IMG/VR virus record: IMGVR_UViG_3300033977_000108
Location: 140,634-204,633 of that record
Length of the DNA stretch: 64,000 bases
Direction: 5' to 3' (one strand)
How positions within the stretch are numbered: the first letter of the stretch is position 1; every line of letters starts with the position of its first letter. The notes below the pieces were generated by a model that saw nothing but the letters and a program-made list of their open reading frames with translations, ran no database searches and was not told the origin of the DNA. Shown piece by piece: positions 63,969-64,000 of the stretch. Made by a program: the position numbers and the translations under genes.

Positions 63969-64000
63969 CTTTATTGCTTCTTTATTCCTCTTACTGCAAG

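Noticed and set aside
1-64000. Plus-strand ORFs in the six-frame track
   Set aside because: All lie antisense to well-supported minus-strand genes and lack RBS or motifs; treated as shadow ORFs
1-64000. Stop-codon reassignment (alternative genetic code)
   Set aside because: Standard-code ORFs tile the region and conserved enzymes are full length

Overview
The window is a 64-kb slice of a large dsDNA bacteriophage genome or similar extrachromosomal virus-like element. Essentially every credible gene lies on the minus strand, tightly packed and readable in the standard code, and no virion structural genes, integrase or CRISPR array are visible. It holds a replication, recombination and nucleotide-metabolism module: RecA, a resolvase-like nuclease, a Cas4-like exonuclease, SNF2 and RecD2 helicases, a family A DNA polymerase, beta-clamp, Rad52-like annealase, SSB, a WGR-fused DNA ligase, class II RNR, dUTPase, dCMP deaminase, a UDG-like protein, RNase HII and a PurA-like enzyme. 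It also carries RNA-repair and counter-defence type genes (Rnl1-like ligase, Thg1, RlaP-type nucleotidyltransferase, macrodomain, NADAR), proteostasis genes (ClpP, Hsp20, an AAA+ ATPase), a canonical tRNA-Pro and many small hypothetical ORFs. The most notable observations are: (1) a PolA split into two separately initiated genes, the second interrupted by a group I intron carrying an HNH endonuclease; (2) an ~230-nt highly base-paired non-coding element plus two aberrant tRNA-like RNAs at 4.6-7.5 kb; (3) an AAA+/radical SAM/DUF2997/2xDUF1257 module; (4) a PurA variant with a remodelled aspartate-binding loop next to a vWA gene; (5) a recurring C-terminal [DE]R[VI][VIL] motif and recurring beta-clamp-binding motifs; (6) a tandem array of small SH3-like paralogs. 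All family assignments come from motif recognition by eye; no database searches were run.
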